NCBI GenBank assembly: GCA_024403135.1
Contig: JAKSSK010000001.1
Coordinates: forward strand, 830 to 64,829
DNA length: 64,000 bases
Direction: 5' to 3'
Origin: Clostridia bacterium
Lineage (GTDB): Bacteria; Bacillota; Clostridia; Peptostreptococcales; Anaerovoracaceae
Of this stretch, positions 1 to 10,459 are shown piece by piece. A program made the position numbers and the translations under genes. The notes beneath the pieces were generated by a model that was not told where the DNA came from, did not search any database, and worked only from the letters and a program-made list of their open reading frames with translations. Every line of letters begins with the position of its first letter. Position 1 is the first letter of the stretch.

Positions 1-439
1 ATGAGATAGTAAGTCTTCCAGTCTTCTCTGTAACATTATAAACGCCATAAGCATCTGTATTTTTAATATTTACAGACTGCTGCAAACCAATAGTAAGGTC
101 ACTATTGAAGCTACCATCTTTATCCTCACTTGTATCATCTATGCTCAGACTTTTAAATGTTTTAATTGGTTGCTTAAATGAATGACCATTTAAATCTAAA
201 TACAAGTTATATACATGTAATTCTTCTGATAAATCCACATCAGCATAAAGAGTTATAAATGGGTTTACCTCATCTTCATTTATACCGTCTACTGCAGCAT
301 CATATGCAGCTTGTACTGTAGAATAGTATTGTCCGTCGCACTCACATACATTTTGATCTTCACCTGCAAATGCAATCATTGGAATCATTGTAAACACCAA
401 TGAAAATGCAAGCGTAATTGCCAATATTCTTTTTTTCAT
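1..439 (-). CDS. Secreted or cell-surface protein, N-terminal fragment; gene continues past the window start
   Basis: Missing from the ORF track because the window edge truncates it. The reverse complement from the ATG at 439 reads MKKRILAITLAFSLVFTMIPMIAFAGEDQNVCECDGQYYSTVQAAYDAAVDG..., a signal-peptide-like N-terminus. An AGGAGGG RBS lies just upstream and the frame stays open to position 1. Confidence 0.5.
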   Translation of the reverse strand, partial: MKKRILAITLAFSLVFTMIPMIAFAGEDQNVCECDGQYYSTVQAAYDAAVDGINEDEVNPFITLYADVDLSEELHVYNLYLDLNGHSFKQPIKTFKSLSIDDTSEDKDGSFNSDLTIGLQQSVNIKNTDAYGVYNVTEKTGRLTIS

Positions 440-448
440 AATACCCTC

Positions 449-1219
449 CTAGATTAACGTGAAAGGATTAATGTCAAGGTCAGACAGTACGAACATATCC
501 TCATCAATGTCCGATGAGATTATGAAGGACATGAATGCATCAACGAATATCTTTTCTGATGCATAGTGACCAATATCTAATACATTAATACCAAGTTCCT
601 TTGCTAACTGAGCATCATGATACTTAACATCTCCAGTAATTAAAAGATCGCATCTGTCCTCGTAAGCTTCCTTTATGAAGTCTGCTCCTGCACCAGTGCA
701 GATAGCAACTTTTGAGATAGGTCTATCCAAGCTACCTACGAAGCTAAAGTATCTTTTGTCAATATCTAGTTTAAAGCTATATAGCTCAATTAGATTCCCC
801 ATATTTTCAGGGTTCATATACCAACCATGTCTTAAAAATCCGTCGTTCTTAGGTGTGCAGTCAATTCCCAGCACATTTCCTAGGAAATCGTTGTTGCCAC
901 CGAAGATCTTATCGAAGTTTGTATGACATGAGTATACGTTAATGTCTGCTGCAATTAACCTTTGAATGAAGTTTCCTGTAACATCATTACTGTCAATCTT
1001 CGTCAGTTCTGTAAAGATTAACGGATGATGGGTGATAATTAAGTCAACTTCGTTAATTACAGCCTCCTCTATCACCTCAGAAGTTATTTCCATAGCAAGT
1101 AGAACCTTTTCAATGTCCTCATTACCTGTGGAAATCTGAAGTCCAGAGTTGTCCCATTCCTCCTGAAGGCTTTCAGGACAGAATTCATTAATTTTCTTTA
1201 TTAATTCATTAAGCTTCAT
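449..1219 (-). CDS. Nif3-like dinuclear metal centre protein (YbgI/YqfO family, short form)
   Basis: Motifs ITHHPLIF and GHYASE. Sits in the conserved position downstream of trmK-rpoD-dnaG and overlaps trmK by 11 nt. Confidence 0.85.
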   Translation of the reverse strand: MKLNELIKKINEFCPESLQEEWDNSGLQISTGNEDIEKVLLAMEITSEVIEEAVINEVDLIITHHPLIFTELTKIDSNDVTGNFIQRLIAADINVYSCHTNFDKIFGGNNDFLGNVLGIDCTPKNDGFLRHGWYMNPENMGNLIELYSFKLDIDKRYFSFVGSLDRPISKVAICTGAGADFIKEAYEDRCDLLITGDVKYHDAQLAKELGINVLDIGHYASEKIFVDAFMSFIISSDIDEDMFVLSDLDINPFTLI

Positions 1220-1880
1220 TTCTAAGCTCCTCTATTCTCTTAATATATCCTTCCCATTTTAGGATATCTAAAGTATTGCTTCCCTTTTTAGCAGAATTAA
1301 GGTTTCTCTTACACTTGATCATCCAGTAGTCTAGGTATTCATCCTTTAGTGGGGAATCCTTTATACTGTCTGGAAACATGTAGTCGTAGTGAAGCGGCTT
1401 ATAGCTTGGATTGTATCTTACCACCATCACCTGGCAGTAAAGATTTCTCTCTTTAACCAGCTTATCCTTTAATATTTCAAAGCCATTTTCATCAAGCCAC
1501 TGCCTTAATTTCTCTTCATGACGCCTTGGCTGAAGGATTAAGGTGAAACCTTTAGACTTTTCAATATCTTTGGCAAGTAGAGATGCCGTTAAAACCGCTC
1601 CAATGCCCGCCATAACCACTATTTCCACCTCTTTAGGGGAAATTACATCTAGACCAGATCCCAGCCTTAAATCGAAGATTTTTTGTGGATAGTACTTCTT
1701 GCAGTTTTCCTCACATTTAAGAAGTGAGCCCTTAGATACATCCGTCATGATTACCTTATCACAGATGCTATTCTCGTAAAGGTAAAGCGGTAAAAAACCA
1801 TGGTCAGTCCCAATGTCTGCCATGGTTTTAGTATTAATTTCTTCTGCTATTGATTGTAGTCTGTCGCTTAATTTAATCAT
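1209..1880 (-). CDS. trmK: tRNA (adenine22-N1)-methyltransferase TrmK
   Basis: DIGTDHGFLPLYL SAM-methyltransferase motif. Conserved position directly after rpoD, with the start overlapping the rpoD stop. Confidence 0.85.
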   Translation of the reverse strand: MIKLSDRLQSIAEEINTKTMADIGTDHGFLPLYLYENSICDKVIMTDVSKGSLLKCEENCKKYYPQKIFDLRLGSGLDVISPKEVEIVVMAGIGAVLTASLLAKDIEKSKGFTLILQPRRHEEKLRQWLDENGFEILKDKLVKERNLYCQVMVVRYNPSYKPLHYDYMFPDSIKDSPLKDEYLDYWMIKCKRNLNSAKKGSNTLDILKWEGYIKRIEELRNEA

Positions 1881-3019
1881 TAGTTTATGTAATCCGATAG
1901 CTTTTCCTTTCTTGAAGGAAGACGAAGCTTTCTTAAAGCCTTAGCTTCAATCTGTCTAATTCTTTCACGAGTAACGTCGAAAGTCTTACCTACTTCCTCA
2001 AGAGTTCTCTGAGTGTTGTCCTCAAGACCAAATCTAAGCTTAAGAACCTTTTGCTCTCTTTCAGTAAGTGTTTCAAGTACTTCAGCAAGCTGTTCCTTAA
2101 GCATTGAATATGCAGCAGCATCAGCAGGTGAAGGTACATCATCATCTGGGATGAAGTCGCCTAGATGTGAATCCTCTTCCTCGCCTATTGGAGTTTCAAG
2201 TGAAACAGGTTCCTGAGCGATCTTTTGAATCTCTCTAACCTTGTCTACTGTAATTCCCATTTCCTTAGCGATATCCTCAGCTGAAGGCTCTCTGCCGTTT
2301 TCCTGAAGAAGTTGTCTTGATACACGGATAAGCTTATTAATGGTTTCAACCATGTGAACAGGAATACGGATAGTTCTAGCCTGGTCAGCTATGCTACGAG
2401 TGATAGCCTGTCTAATCCACCATGTTGCATATGTGGAGAACTTGTATCCCTTACGATAATCGAACTTGTCTACCGCCTTGATTAGACCAAGGTTACCTTC
2501 CTGGATAAGGTCAAGGAATAGCATTCCTCTTCCAACGTATCTCTTAGCAATACTTACTACAAGTCTAAGGTTAGCTTCGATTAGTCTTTGCTTAGCTTCC
2601 TCATCGCCCTCTTCCATTCTCTTAGCAAGTTCAATTTCTTCATCGCCTGTTAATAGAGGGACCTTACCTATTTCCTTTAGATACATTCTTACCGGGTCAT
2701 CAACTGAGATGTCCTTTGAGATTGCATCGATGTTAATTTCGCCGTTATCGTCGATTACTACATCTTCCTCAAGTTCCTTCTCGCTTTCGATCATGTCCAG
2801 TTCATCCTTAGGTTCATCGTCTTCAGCACCATCAAGCATGTCCAGGTTGATGCCCTTAGCGATTAACATTTCGTAGATTTCATCGATTTGATTCTTGTCT
2901 ATGTCTTGGGTTTCAAATATTCTAGACACTTCACCTAAGGTGATTGTATTGTTGTTGCTTTTAGCCTTTTCTACTAGAGCATCTACTTGTTCTTGAATCT
3001 GTTTTTTGTTGTCTTCCAT
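1880..3019 (-). CDS. rpoD: RNA polymerase primary sigma factor (sigma-70/SigA)
   Basis: Regions 2-4 are recognisable ([39 protein letters not shown]; [20 protein letters not shown]), with an acidic N-terminal region. Confidence 0.97.
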   Translation of the reverse strand: MEDNKKQIQEQVDALVEKAKSNNNTITLGEVSRIFETQDIDKNQIDEIYEMLIAKGINLDMLDGAEDDEPKDELDMIESEKELEEDVVIDDNGEINIDAISKDISVDDPVRMYLKEIGKVPLLTGDEEIELAKRMEEGDEEAKQRLIEANLRLVVSIAKRYVGRGMLFLDLIQEGNLGLIKAVDKFDYRKGYKFSTYATWWIRQAITRSIADQARTIRIPVHMVETINKLIRVSRQLLQENGREPSAEDIAKEMGITVDKVREIQKIAQEPVSLETPIGEEEDSHLGDFIPDDDVPSPADAAAYSMLKEQLAEVLETLTEREQKVLKLRFGLEDNTQRTLEEVGKTFDVTRERIRQIEAKALRKLRLPSRKEKLSDYIN

Positions 3020-3023
3020 TAGA

Positions 3024-4739
3024 TTACCCCCTACTCAATTTGTTCTTTTCTCTTTGTATTTCTTCTAACTTTAATGTCAGTTCCTTCATGTTAGCTTGGT
3101 TTTCCTTTTCATCGGCCATGGAAAGAAGTGTAAGAATTTCCTTTTCTTCTTTAGTTAGTTCCTTTAACCTCCATCTAGATACCGATTCATCGAATACCTT
3201 TTCTTCATTTCCGCCTATCTTAACTTCATCCAGGATTTTGTTTAAAAGGATGCTTTCTTCTGGATCCAGCATATCCTGAACATTCTTAAGACTTACCTTA
3301 TTCTCTAAAGCTAGGTCAAGTATCTTATTTGAAAACCTGCTTTCCATCATCTTCCTGTTGTCCAAGATCTTAGGTAAGAAATCCTCGTTGGTGAAGAGAA
3401 TTTTTAGAATGTTCTTCTCAATTGGAGAAATTTCTTCCTTGTTCTCATCCTTTTGTTGTTTCACCTGAGGTGTGTCAATTATTGACTTACCCATGAGCTC
3501 CATTTTTATGGCGCTTTCAGATACCTTTAAGACGCTGGCAAGCTTTTTAACATATATGTCTGCTTCCACTGGGCTTAAGGTGTTTAAAACCTTAGCGCAG
3601 CGCTTAATATATTCAATCTTGTCCGTATCCTTTGAAAGGTTTAGATTGCCTTTAACAGAGTTTAGTCTGTACTCTATCTGAGGAACGGCGTTATCTACAA
3701 GTTTAAGAAAAGCATCCTTACCCTTCTTCTTGATGAACTCGTCTGGGTCCTTACCGTCGGTTACGTGAAGTACCTTTGTCTTTATGTTTTCAGCGGTGAG
3801 CACTTCAATTCCTCTAAGGGCTGCATTTCTACCTGCGCTATCCGCGTCGTAGGAAAGCACCACATCAGAGGTGTATCTCTTGATCAGCTTGGCCTGGTTT
3901 TGTGTAAGGGCCGTTCCTAGGGATGCAGCAACGTTTTTAATGCCTCCCTGGTAAAGACCTATTACATCCATATATCCTTCAACCAAGATGATGTTATCTT
4001 TAATTTGATTCTTTGAAAGATTAAGTCCGTACAGGTTGTTCTTCTTTAGGAAGATAAGGCTTTCATCGGAGTTTAAATACTTAGGAGTGTCGTCTCCTAT
4101 TGCTCTACCTCCAAAGCCAATTACCTTGCCGCTAGGATTGATGATTGGAAACATTACCCTGTTACGGAATTTATCGTAGTAGCGACTATCCTTTTTCTTT
4201 ACTAGGCCAAGTTCTACCATATCCTTAGGATCAACCTTCTTTGAAAGAAGATATTGGTAAAGGGAATCCCAGGATTCATCGGCATATCCTATGCCAAAGG
4301 TCTTTAGGATTGCATCTGAAATGCCCCTCTCCTTCATGTACTGGTAGCCCATGTTCTTCTCCTTTGTAAAGGAGTTATACCAGAAAGATGCGGCCATCTT
4401 GTTGATATCGTAGTACTTTTGCTTATCTGGGCCAGACTGAATCTTTTCTAGGTTTAGTCCGTATTCCTCACCTAGCTTAGCCACAGCATCGTTAAAGTCC
4501 AGGTTATAGTATTTTTGGACAAAGCCAATAAGGTCGCCCTTGGCACCACAGCCAAAGCAGGTGAATATCTGCTTTTGCTCAGACACAACAAAAGAAGGAG
4601 TCTTCTCGTTGTGGAACGGGCAGCATCCCTTGAAGTTGGCCCCGGCTCTCTTTAAAGAGACAGCTCTAGAGACTACATCAACTATGTTGACCTGACTTTT
4701 TAATTCTTCAATTGCATTTGATGAAAAATAAAAACCCAC
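3024..4739 (-). CDS. dnaG: DNA primase
   Basis: Zinc finger [11 protein letters not shown]...CFGCG, Toprim motifs EGYMD and YDADSAG, located upstream of rpoD. Confidence 0.95.
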   Translation of the reverse strand: MGFYFSSNAIEELKSQVNIVDVVSRAVSLKRAGANFKGCCPFHNEKTPSFVVSEQKQIFTCFGCGAKGDLIGFVQKYYNLDFNDAVAKLGEEYGLNLEKIQSGPDKQKYYDINKMAASFWYNSFTKEKNMGYQYMKERGISDAILKTFGIGYADESWDSLYQYLLSKKVDPKDMVELGLVKKKDSRYYDKFRNRVMFPIINPSGKVIGFGGRAIGDDTPKYLNSDESLIFLKKNNLYGLNLSKNQIKDNIILVEGYMDVIGLYQGGIKNVAASLGTALTQNQAKLIKRYTSDVVLSYDADSAGRNAALRGIEVLTAENIKTKVLHVTDGKDPDEFIKKKGKDAFLKLVDNAVPQIEYRLNSVKGNLNLSKDTDKIEYIKRCAKVLNTLSPVEADIYVKKLASVLKVSESAIKMELMGKSIIDTPQVKQQKDENKEEISPIEKNILKILFTNEDFLPKILDNRKMMESRFSNKILDLALENKVSLKNVQDMLDPEESILLNKILDEVKIGGNEEKVFDESVSRWRLKELTKEEKEILTLLSMADEKENQANMKELTLKLEEIQREKNKLSRG

Positions 4740-4790
4740 TTTGTTCTCCTTCCTCTAAAAGAGTTATTCAACATAAGTGGGAATTTTCCT

Positions 4791-5750
4791 TTAAATTTTT
4801 TCAAAAAGATTTAGAGCGTACCTATCTGTCATGCATGCTACGTAGTCCTTAGCTGCAACTTCCGATCCTTCCTCACGATAGATGTTATAGAAATCCTCAG
4901 GAAGTTCATCTGGATTATCTACAAAGTGGTAATACAATTTACGTATTAGCTTATCCACCATATCAAGATCCTCGTCCTTCTTAACCTTTGAATTACGGTA
5001 TACATTTTCGAATAGGAAGGCTCTTAGATCGTCCTGTGCCTTTTGGTAGTCATGGCTAAGCCTAATATATTCTAAATCCTGGCTAGTTTCAATCAGGTTG
5101 TTTACCATCTCATCTATTCTGTTTCTACCAGACAGAATGTTCTTTGGTAAATCCTCTCCCGTAATTACACCGCTTCTAATGGCATCGTCAATATCGTGGT
5201 TTATGTATGCGATTCTATCTGAAATCCTAACTATTTCACCTTCTAAGGTAAAAGGCATGTTCTTTCCTGAGTGGTTAAGTATGCCGTCTCTAACTTCAAG
5301 AGTTAGATTAAGGCCACCCTTTTCCAGCTTATCTAAAACCCTAAGGCTCTGCTCATTGTGCTTAAAGCCTGCTGGAAAAACATCGTTAAGAATCTTTTCA
5401 CCGTTATGGCCAAAAGGTGTATGTCCTAGGTCGTGGCCTAAGGCGATGGCCTCAGTTAAGTCCTCGTTTAAGTTTAGATTTCTAGCTATAGTCCTTGCAA
5501 TCTGGCTAACTTCCAAAGTGTGAGTAAGCCTTGTTCTAAAGTGGTCTAGCTCAGGAGCTAAAAATACCTGAGTCTTGTGTACCAGCCTTCTAAAGCTCTT
5601 TGAGTGGATTATCCTGTCCCTATCCCTTTGGAATTCAGTTCTAAGAAAATCCTTTTCTTCTTCCTTTAATCTAGTTGCCTTATCTGCAAAGGATGCTCTT
5701 TCTGAAAGTATGAGATGTTCTCTCTTTTCAAGTTCTTCTCTAATAAGCAT
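4791..5750 (-). CDS. dGTP triphosphohydrolase-like HD-domain protein
   Basis: Motifs [16 protein letters not shown] and [11 protein letters not shown], plus the typical [13 protein letters not shown] segment. Confidence 0.85.
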   Translation of the reverse strand: MLIREELEKREHLILSERASFADKATRLKEEEKDFLRTEFQRDRDRIIHSKSFRRLVHKTQVFLAPELDHFRTRLTHTLEVSQIARTIARNLNLNEDLTEAIALGHDLGHTPFGHNGEKILNDVFPAGFKHNEQSLRVLDKLEKGGLNLTLEVRDGILNHSGKNMPFTLEGEIVRISDRIAYINHDIDDAIRSGVITGEDLPKNILSGRNRIDEMVNNLIETSQDLEYIRLSHDYQKAQDDLRAFLFENVYRNSKVKKDEDLDMVDKLIRKLYYHFVDNPDELPEDFYNIYREEGSEVAAKDYVACMTDRYALNLFEKI

Positions 5751-6181
5751 TACTTAATCCCTGTGTGGCCGAAGCCTCCCTCTCCTCTTTCAGTTTCATT
5801 TACTTCATCAACTAGCTCAATTTCAGCACGTTCGTATTTAACGATTACAGCCTGAGCTATTCTATCTCCATCGTTAATGGTATATGGCTCATTTGAAAAG
5901 TTAATTAGTGGAACGTGCCAGTGGCCTCTGTAATCTGAATCCACAGTTCCTACACCGTTTACTAGACCGATGCCGTGGTTTATGGATAGGCCTGACCTTG
6001 CCCTAATCTGAGCCTCCAATCCTGGTGGAAGCTCTACGAATAGGCCTGTTGGAATAAGCCTTCTTTCCATAGGCTGTAAAGTTATTGGCTCATCTAAATA
6101 TGCGGCTAAGTCCATGCCTGCAGATCCTGCCGTCTTGTATTCAGGAATCCTGCCGCTTAAGCTCTTAATCTTAATTTTCAT
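5750..6181 (-). CDS. dut: dUTP diphosphatase
   Basis: 143 aa with the trimeric dUTPase motifs AGMDL, RSGLS, VDSDYRG and RGEGGFG. Confidence 0.9.
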   Translation of the reverse strand: MKIKIKSLSGRIPEYKTAGSAGMDLAAYLDEPITLQPMERRLIPTGLFVELPPGLEAQIRARSGLSINHGIGLVNGVGTVDSDYRGHWHVPLINFSNEPYTINDGDRIAQAVIVKYERAEIELVDEVNETERGEGGFGHTGIK

Positions 6182-7397
6182 TTCCTGTTACCACTACCTT
6201 TGTATAATCCTCAAAGTGACAGATTTCATCAATTAGCTTTTGAACTGATGCTGTTGTCACCTTATCTACTTTACGTATTACATCTTCTTCAGTGTCCACA
6301 TTACCAGTTAAAAGAATATTCTTTCCGTTGGTGAACATCCTTGAAGCTACAGACTCCTGGCCAAAGATGTATGAACTCTTTACCTGCTCTTTTGCCATGG
6401 CAAGTTCTTCCTCAGTTACTCCATCCTTAAGAAGCTTATCCAGTTCTTCCTTAATGCCTTCTAAAGCTTCAGATACTCTATCGTGAGCTACTCCTGCGTA
6501 GATTGCAAAGTAGCCGTCCTGTTGCATAAAGGATGCCATTGAAACTACTGTGTACGCTAAACCCTTCTTTTCGCGAAGGTTTTGGAAAAGCCTAGAGCTC
6601 ATTGAGCCTCCGAATATCTTGTTTAAAAGAACTAGGTCATAGTATCTATCGTCTGCAATCTTAATTGCCCTGTTACCTATGGCTATGTGGCTTTGCTCGA
6701 TATCTTTATGGATTGTATAATCTGCTTTTTCGTATCCATCTTTTCTAAAGTTAGGAGTATCGTGCTCCTTCTTAAAGAATGTGAACTTATCTTCAAAGTA
6801 TGTTACTATCTCATCTTCATCAAAGTTACCTGAGATTGATACCAGCATTCTATCTAGGGTGTATTCCCTGTTAAAGTATGCCTTCATCTCATCATGGTGA
6901 ATGCCATCTAGTGATTCATCAGTTCCAAGGATGCTATTTCCATAGCTATCTTTTGAGAATACCAGCTCTACCATCTTATCTATTGCAAGATCATCAGGAG
7001 TATCTAAGGTCATCTTTATCTCTTCCTTTACAACCTTTCTTTCCTTATCCATTTCTTCATCTAAGAAAAGTGAGTTAGTTAGCATATCTACTAAAACATC
7101 TGCTCCCGCTAAAAGGTTTGGGCTGATGGTCTTGATGTAGTAGCAGGTGGTTTCCTTACCTGTGAAGGCATTTATCTGTCCGCCCAGCTTATCTATATCT
7201 TCAGCAATCTCCTTATATGTCCTGTTCTCAGTTCCCTTAAACATCATGTGCTCGATGAAGTGGGATACTCCTGAAACTTCAGCTGTCTCATTTCTAGAGC
7301 CTACGTTTACCCAGATTCCCATAGCAGCTGACTGAACATGGGGAATGTATTCAAGGGCCAGTCTAAGTCCAGATTTTAACTTTACTACCTTTACCAT
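6171..7397 (-). CDS. M16 family (insulinase-like) zinc peptidase
   Basis: HxxEH motif HFIEHMMFKG near the N-terminus; ~408 aa, the usual length for Firmicute M16B proteins. Confidence 0.85.
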   Translation of the reverse strand: MVKVVKLKSGLRLALEYIPHVQSAAMGIWVNVGSRNETAEVSGVSHFIEHMMFKGTENRTYKEIAEDIDKLGGQINAFTGKETTCYYIKTISPNLLAGADVLVDMLTNSLFLDEEMDKERKVVKEEIKMTLDTPDDLAIDKMVELVFSKDSYGNSILGTDESLDGIHHDEMKAYFNREYTLDRMLVSISGNFDEDEIVTYFEDKFTFFKKEHDTPNFRKDGYEKADYTIHKDIEQSHIAIGNRAIKIADDRYYDLVLLNKIFGGSMSSRLFQNLREKKGLAYTVVSMASFMQQDGYFAIYAGVAHDRVSEALEGIKEELDKLLKDGVTEEELAMAKEQVKSSYIFGQESVASRMFTNGKNILLTGNVDTEEDVIRKVDKVTTASVQKLIDEICHFEDYTKVVVTGNEN

Positions 7398-7615
7398 TAT
7401 TTCTTCTTACCTCTATCGTTAACCACCCAAGCAATAATTAAAAGAAAAGCTACCAGTCCTAATGCCATATTTTCAAAGCTGTTTCCATACTTTACGCCTA
7501 TGTAGTCGGTGAATATGGTGATAATTAGGAATGCCAGTAGACTCATCACTACTATCGCTATGCTGGCTATTTTAACCTTGTTTAAACCTTTGTTTTCTTC
7601 GTTGTTATCTTTCAT
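7397..7615 (-). CDS. Small membrane protein (two predicted TM helices), function unknown
   Basis: Start moved to MKDNNEENKG (ATG at 7615), which has GAGGT 6 nt upstream. Two hydrophobic stretches are present. Its stop overlaps the M16 start as TAATG. Confidence 0.5.
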   Translation of the reverse strand: MKDNNEENKGLNKVKIASIAIVVMSLLAFLIITIFTDYIGVKYGNSFENMALGLVAFLLIIAWVVNDRGKKK

Positions 7616-7642
7616 AATATTACCTCGGTAGTATTGTAACAT

Positions 7643-7670
7643 AAAAAAAGAACCGCTTAAAGCGGTTCTT
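7643..7670 (-). terminator. Rho-independent terminator after the oxidoreductase operon
   Basis: The minus strand reads GAACCGCT-TTA-AGCGGTTC followed by TTTTTTT. Confidence 0.75.
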
Positions 7671-7679
7671 CAAAGATAA

Positions 7680-8225
7680 CTATTTATCTGCTTGTACTAC
7701 TAATTCCATACCATAGTGTAAAGCTTTTAAGTTAATTTCTTCAGTTCCCTTTGGAACGTGAGCTAGTACTGCTTCTTCTAGAGCTTCAACAGAAGATACT
7801 CCAACAATCTGGTTAACAGCACCTACTGAGATGATGTTAGCTGCCATGTTGTTCTTGATTACGTCTGATGCACCTAGTAAGATGTGAAGTCTATATACCT
7901 TGTGGTTCTTCTTAATTTCATCAGGTACTTCAATCTGGTCGTCTACTACAACGATAGCGTCATCTGCTAAAGTCTGTGAGTACTTATCGAATGATGCTTG
8001 AGTAAGTGAAAGTAGTAGTGATGGAAGTCCAACCTTAGTGAAAGTGATTGGGTTTTCATCGATAATACATTCAGCCTTACATAAGCCTCCTCTAGCTTCA
8101 GGTCCGTATGACTGTGATTGAGCAGCTTGCTTTCCATCGTAGAATGCTGCTTCAGCAATAATTACTGTTCCAAGGATAACGCCTTGGCCGCCGGAACCTG
8201 TAAATCTTAATTCTTGTTTCTTCAT
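7680..8225 (-). CDS. 2-oxoacid:ferredoxin oxidoreductase, gamma subunit (kor/vor type)
   Basis: 181 aa beginning RFTGSGGQGVILGT, typical of gamma subunits; last gene of a 4-gene overlapping operon. Confidence 0.85.
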   Translation of the reverse strand: MKKQELRFTGSGGQGVILGTVIIAEAAFYDGKQAAQSQSYGPEARGGLCKAECIIDENPITFTKVGLPSLLLSLTQASFDKYSQTLADDAIVVVDDQIEVPDEIKKNHKVYRLHILLGASDVIKNNMAANIISVGAVNQIVGVSSVEALEEAVLAHVPKGTEEINLKALHYGMELVVQADK

Positions 8226-9046
8226 TACTTGTTACCTCCGCACTTTTCAATTATTGCTTCATACTGTTCACAGTATTCAGGCTTTTCCTTGTGATAGAAT
8301 TCTCCCATTAAGATCTTGCCTTCAAGTTCTTCAGGATCCATCTTTTCAGCCTTCTTAACGTCTATGCAGTTGTTCTTCTGCCAGTTATACATCTTGATAA
8401 CTCCGCCCTTCTTGTTCTTTCTGCCGTAGTATGTAGGACATACTGAAAGTCCTTCAACCATGGATAATCCCTTGTTTTGGATAGCAGCTTCAAGAAGTTT
8501 GATAGCTTGTGGTACGTGGTATGCTGTGCATCTACCTGTGAATGTAGCGCCTGCAGCCTTAGCAAGTTCAGGAAGATCGAAATCGTAGTCGATGTTTCCG
8601 TAAGGAGCAGTAGTTCCCTTTTCTCCAGTAGGAGTAGTTGGTGAATATTGACCACCAGTCATACCGTAGATGTTGTTGTTGAATACTACTACAGTAATGT
8701 CGATGTTTCTTCTGCAAGCATGGATGAAGTGGTTTCCGCCGATAGCTGCAGCATCTCCGTCACCAGTGATGACGATTACTGTAAGTTCTGGATTGGCAAG
8801 CTTAACGCCTGTAGCGAAAGCGATTGCTCTACCGTGTGTTGTATGTAGTGTGTTAAAGTCCATGTAACCTGCTGCTCTTGATGAACAACCGATACCAGAA
8901 ACTATAACTACCTTGTCGTGATCTAAACCTAAGTTGTCGATAGCTTGTGCTACGTCTCTCATTAAAATACCGTGGCCACAGCCTGGACACCAAATATGTG
9001 GTAGGTTTTCAGTTCTCATTGTGCTTTCAATTAGTTTGCTTGGCAT
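8225..9046 (-). CDS. 2-oxoacid:ferredoxin oxidoreductase, beta (TPP-binding) subunit
   Basis: CPGCGHG near the N-terminus and the TPP motif ITGDGDAAAIGGNHFIHA. Confidence 0.9.
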   Translation of the reverse strand: MPSKLIESTMRTENLPHIWCPGCGHGILMRDVAQAIDNLGLDHDKVVIVSGIGCSSRAAGYMDFNTLHTTHGRAIAFATGVKLANPELTVIVITGDGDAAAIGGNHFIHACRRNIDITVVVFNNNIYGMTGGQYSPTTPTGEKGTTAPYGNIDYDFDLPELAKAAGATFTGRCTAYHVPQAIKLLEAAIQNKGLSMVEGLSVCPTYYGRKNKKGGVIKMYNWQKNNCIDVKKAEKMDPEELEGKILMGEFYHKEKPEYCEQYEAIIEKCGGNK

Positions 9047-9047
9047 A

Positions 9048-10178
9048 TTAAAGCACCTCCTTTACCTTAGCTTGGATGTCTTCTGGTTTTAATGTAGTTC
9101 CATCAACCTTGCCGACAAATGAAAGTTCAGCTCTATCCTTGATAACTCTTTCTACTTCAAGAAGTAGCTGTCCATAGTTGTGCTCTGCAACTACTACTGC
9201 CTTAACCTTGTCTGCAACCTTCTTCATTGCTTCTTCAGGGAAAGGCCATACTGTAACTGGTCTGAATAATCCAACCTTAACGCCTTCTGCTCTTAGCTTT
9301 TCGATAGCTCCCTTAGCAGCTCTAACTGTTCCGCCGTAAGCTACGATAGCGTATTCTGCATCGTCAAGCATGTATTCTTCCCAGTCAAGGATATCGTCTA
9401 AGTTCTGTTCGATCTTAGCCATTAGTCTATGTTCAATCTTGTCTGTGAAATCGTTGTCGTTAGTTGGGAATCCAGCATCGTTGTGGAATAGGCCTGTGAT
9501 GTTGTATCTTTCGCCTTCACCGAATGGAGCGAATTCTGGAACGTATTCCCCTTCGCCTACAGCGTAAGCCATACCAGTGATGTTGTGGTCTCCTCTGTTA
9601 ACAATTTCAAGTTCCTCAGCAGGAATAACCTCTAGACCTTCTCTTAAGTGGCCGATGATTTCGTCCATAAGAAGGATAACTGGAGTTCTGTACTTTTCTG
9701 CTAAGTTGAAGCATCTAACAGTCTGATTATATGTATCTTGAACTGATGATGGTGCTATAGCGATCATAGGGTGATCTCCGTGAGTTCCCCATCTTGCTTG
9801 CATTACATCGCCTTGTGAAGGTGAAGTAGGCATACCTGTTGAAGGGCCTGATCTTTGTACATCTACTACTACGATAGGAATTTCTGCAAGGCATCCATAA
9901 CCGATATTTTCTTGCTTTAGTGAAAATCCAGGGCCTGATGTAGCTGTCATAGCCTTTACGCCTGCAGCTGATGCACCTAGTGCTGCTGCAATACCGCCGA
10001 TTTCATCTTCCATCTGAATAAAGTGACCGCCTAGCTGTGGAAGTCTAATAGCGCTTTGTTCAGCGATTTCAGTTGAAGGTGTAATTGGGTAGCCTGAGTA
10101 GAATCTCATACCTGCAGTAAGAGCTCCTTCTACGCAAGCTTCGTTACCTTGTACGAATCTAAATCTTTTCTTGTCCAT
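9048..10178 (-). CDS. 2-oxoacid:ferredoxin oxidoreductase, alpha subunit
   Basis: Start moved to MDKKRFRFVQGNEA (ATG at 10178), which overlaps the delta stop as TAATG. GYPITPSTEI is typical of alpha subunits. Confidence 0.9.
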   Translation of the reverse strand: MDKKRFRFVQGNEACVEGALTAGMRFYSGYPITPSTEIAEQSAIRLPQLGGHFIQMEDEIGGIAAALGASAAGVKAMTATSGPGFSLKQENIGYGCLAEIPIVVVDVQRSGPSTGMPTSPSQGDVMQARWGTHGDHPMIAIAPSSVQDTYNQTVRCFNLAEKYRTPVILLMDEIIGHLREGLEVIPAEELEIVNRGDHNITGMAYAVGEGEYVPEFAPFGEGERYNITGLFHNDAGFPTNDNDFTDKIEHRLMAKIEQNLDDILDWEEYMLDDAEYAIVAYGGTVRAAKGAIEKLRAEGVKVGLFRPVTVWPFPEEAMKKVADKVKAVVVAEHNYGQLLLEVERVIKDRAELSFVGKVDGTTLKPEDIQAKVKEVL

Positions 10179-10372
10179 TACTTGTCCTCCTCTTCTAACC
10201 AAATAGCGTAGTCTGGACAACGTAATTCACATAGTCCGCATTTAATGCAATCCTTTTCATTGACAACGTAGCAATGTTCGTGGTCAATGGCAAGAACGTC
10301 CTTTGGGCAAAATTCTGCACAAATTCCGCATCCCTTGCACCATTTGGAATTAAGAACTAATTTCTTTTCCAT
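10178..10372 (-). CDS. 2-oxoacid:ferredoxin oxidoreductase, delta (2x[4Fe-4S] ferredoxin) subunit
   Basis: 64 aa carrying two CxxCxxCxxxCP motifs (CKGCGICAEFCP, CIKCGLCELRCP). Confidence 0.85.
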   Translation of the reverse strand: MEKKLVLNSKWCKGCGICAEFCPKDVLAIDHEHCYVVNEKDCIKCGLCELRCPDYAIWLEEEDK

Positions 10373-10459
10373 TTTGTCACCTCGTTTATATATATTAATT
10401 AATTAATAACCAAAGACTAATATATCACAATGAGAATGTACTGGGGCATAAATACATAT

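Noticed and set aside
2013-2876. Numerous 60-160-aa plus-strand ORFs antisense to minus-strand genes. Examples are 2013-2216, 2466-2876, 5098-5523, 28461-29011, 32412-32882 and 51093-1575.
   Set aside because: They are Ser/Leu/Phe-rich and low-complexity, and lack any RBS. Each lies entirely inside a well-supported gene on the other strand, which is the expected by-product of the codon bias of the real genes.
7967-8655. Same-strand alternative-frame ORFs inside the gamma and beta oxidoreductase subunit genes (7967-8158, 8362-8655).
   Set aside because: The main frames carry diagnostic motifs (TPP-binding GDGD...N and others). The alternative frames have no motifs or RBS.
10179-10220. N-terminal extensions in the ORF track for several genes: oxidoreductase alpha, pgk (57263-57322), ispG (36013-36036), tsf (45781-45804), trmL (59810-59866), rimP, pnp, gap and nadK.
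   Set aside because: In each case an internal ATG or GTG has a properly spaced GGAGG-type RBS, or forms a TAATG/ATGA junction with the upstream stop, and the conserved protein N-terminus starts there.
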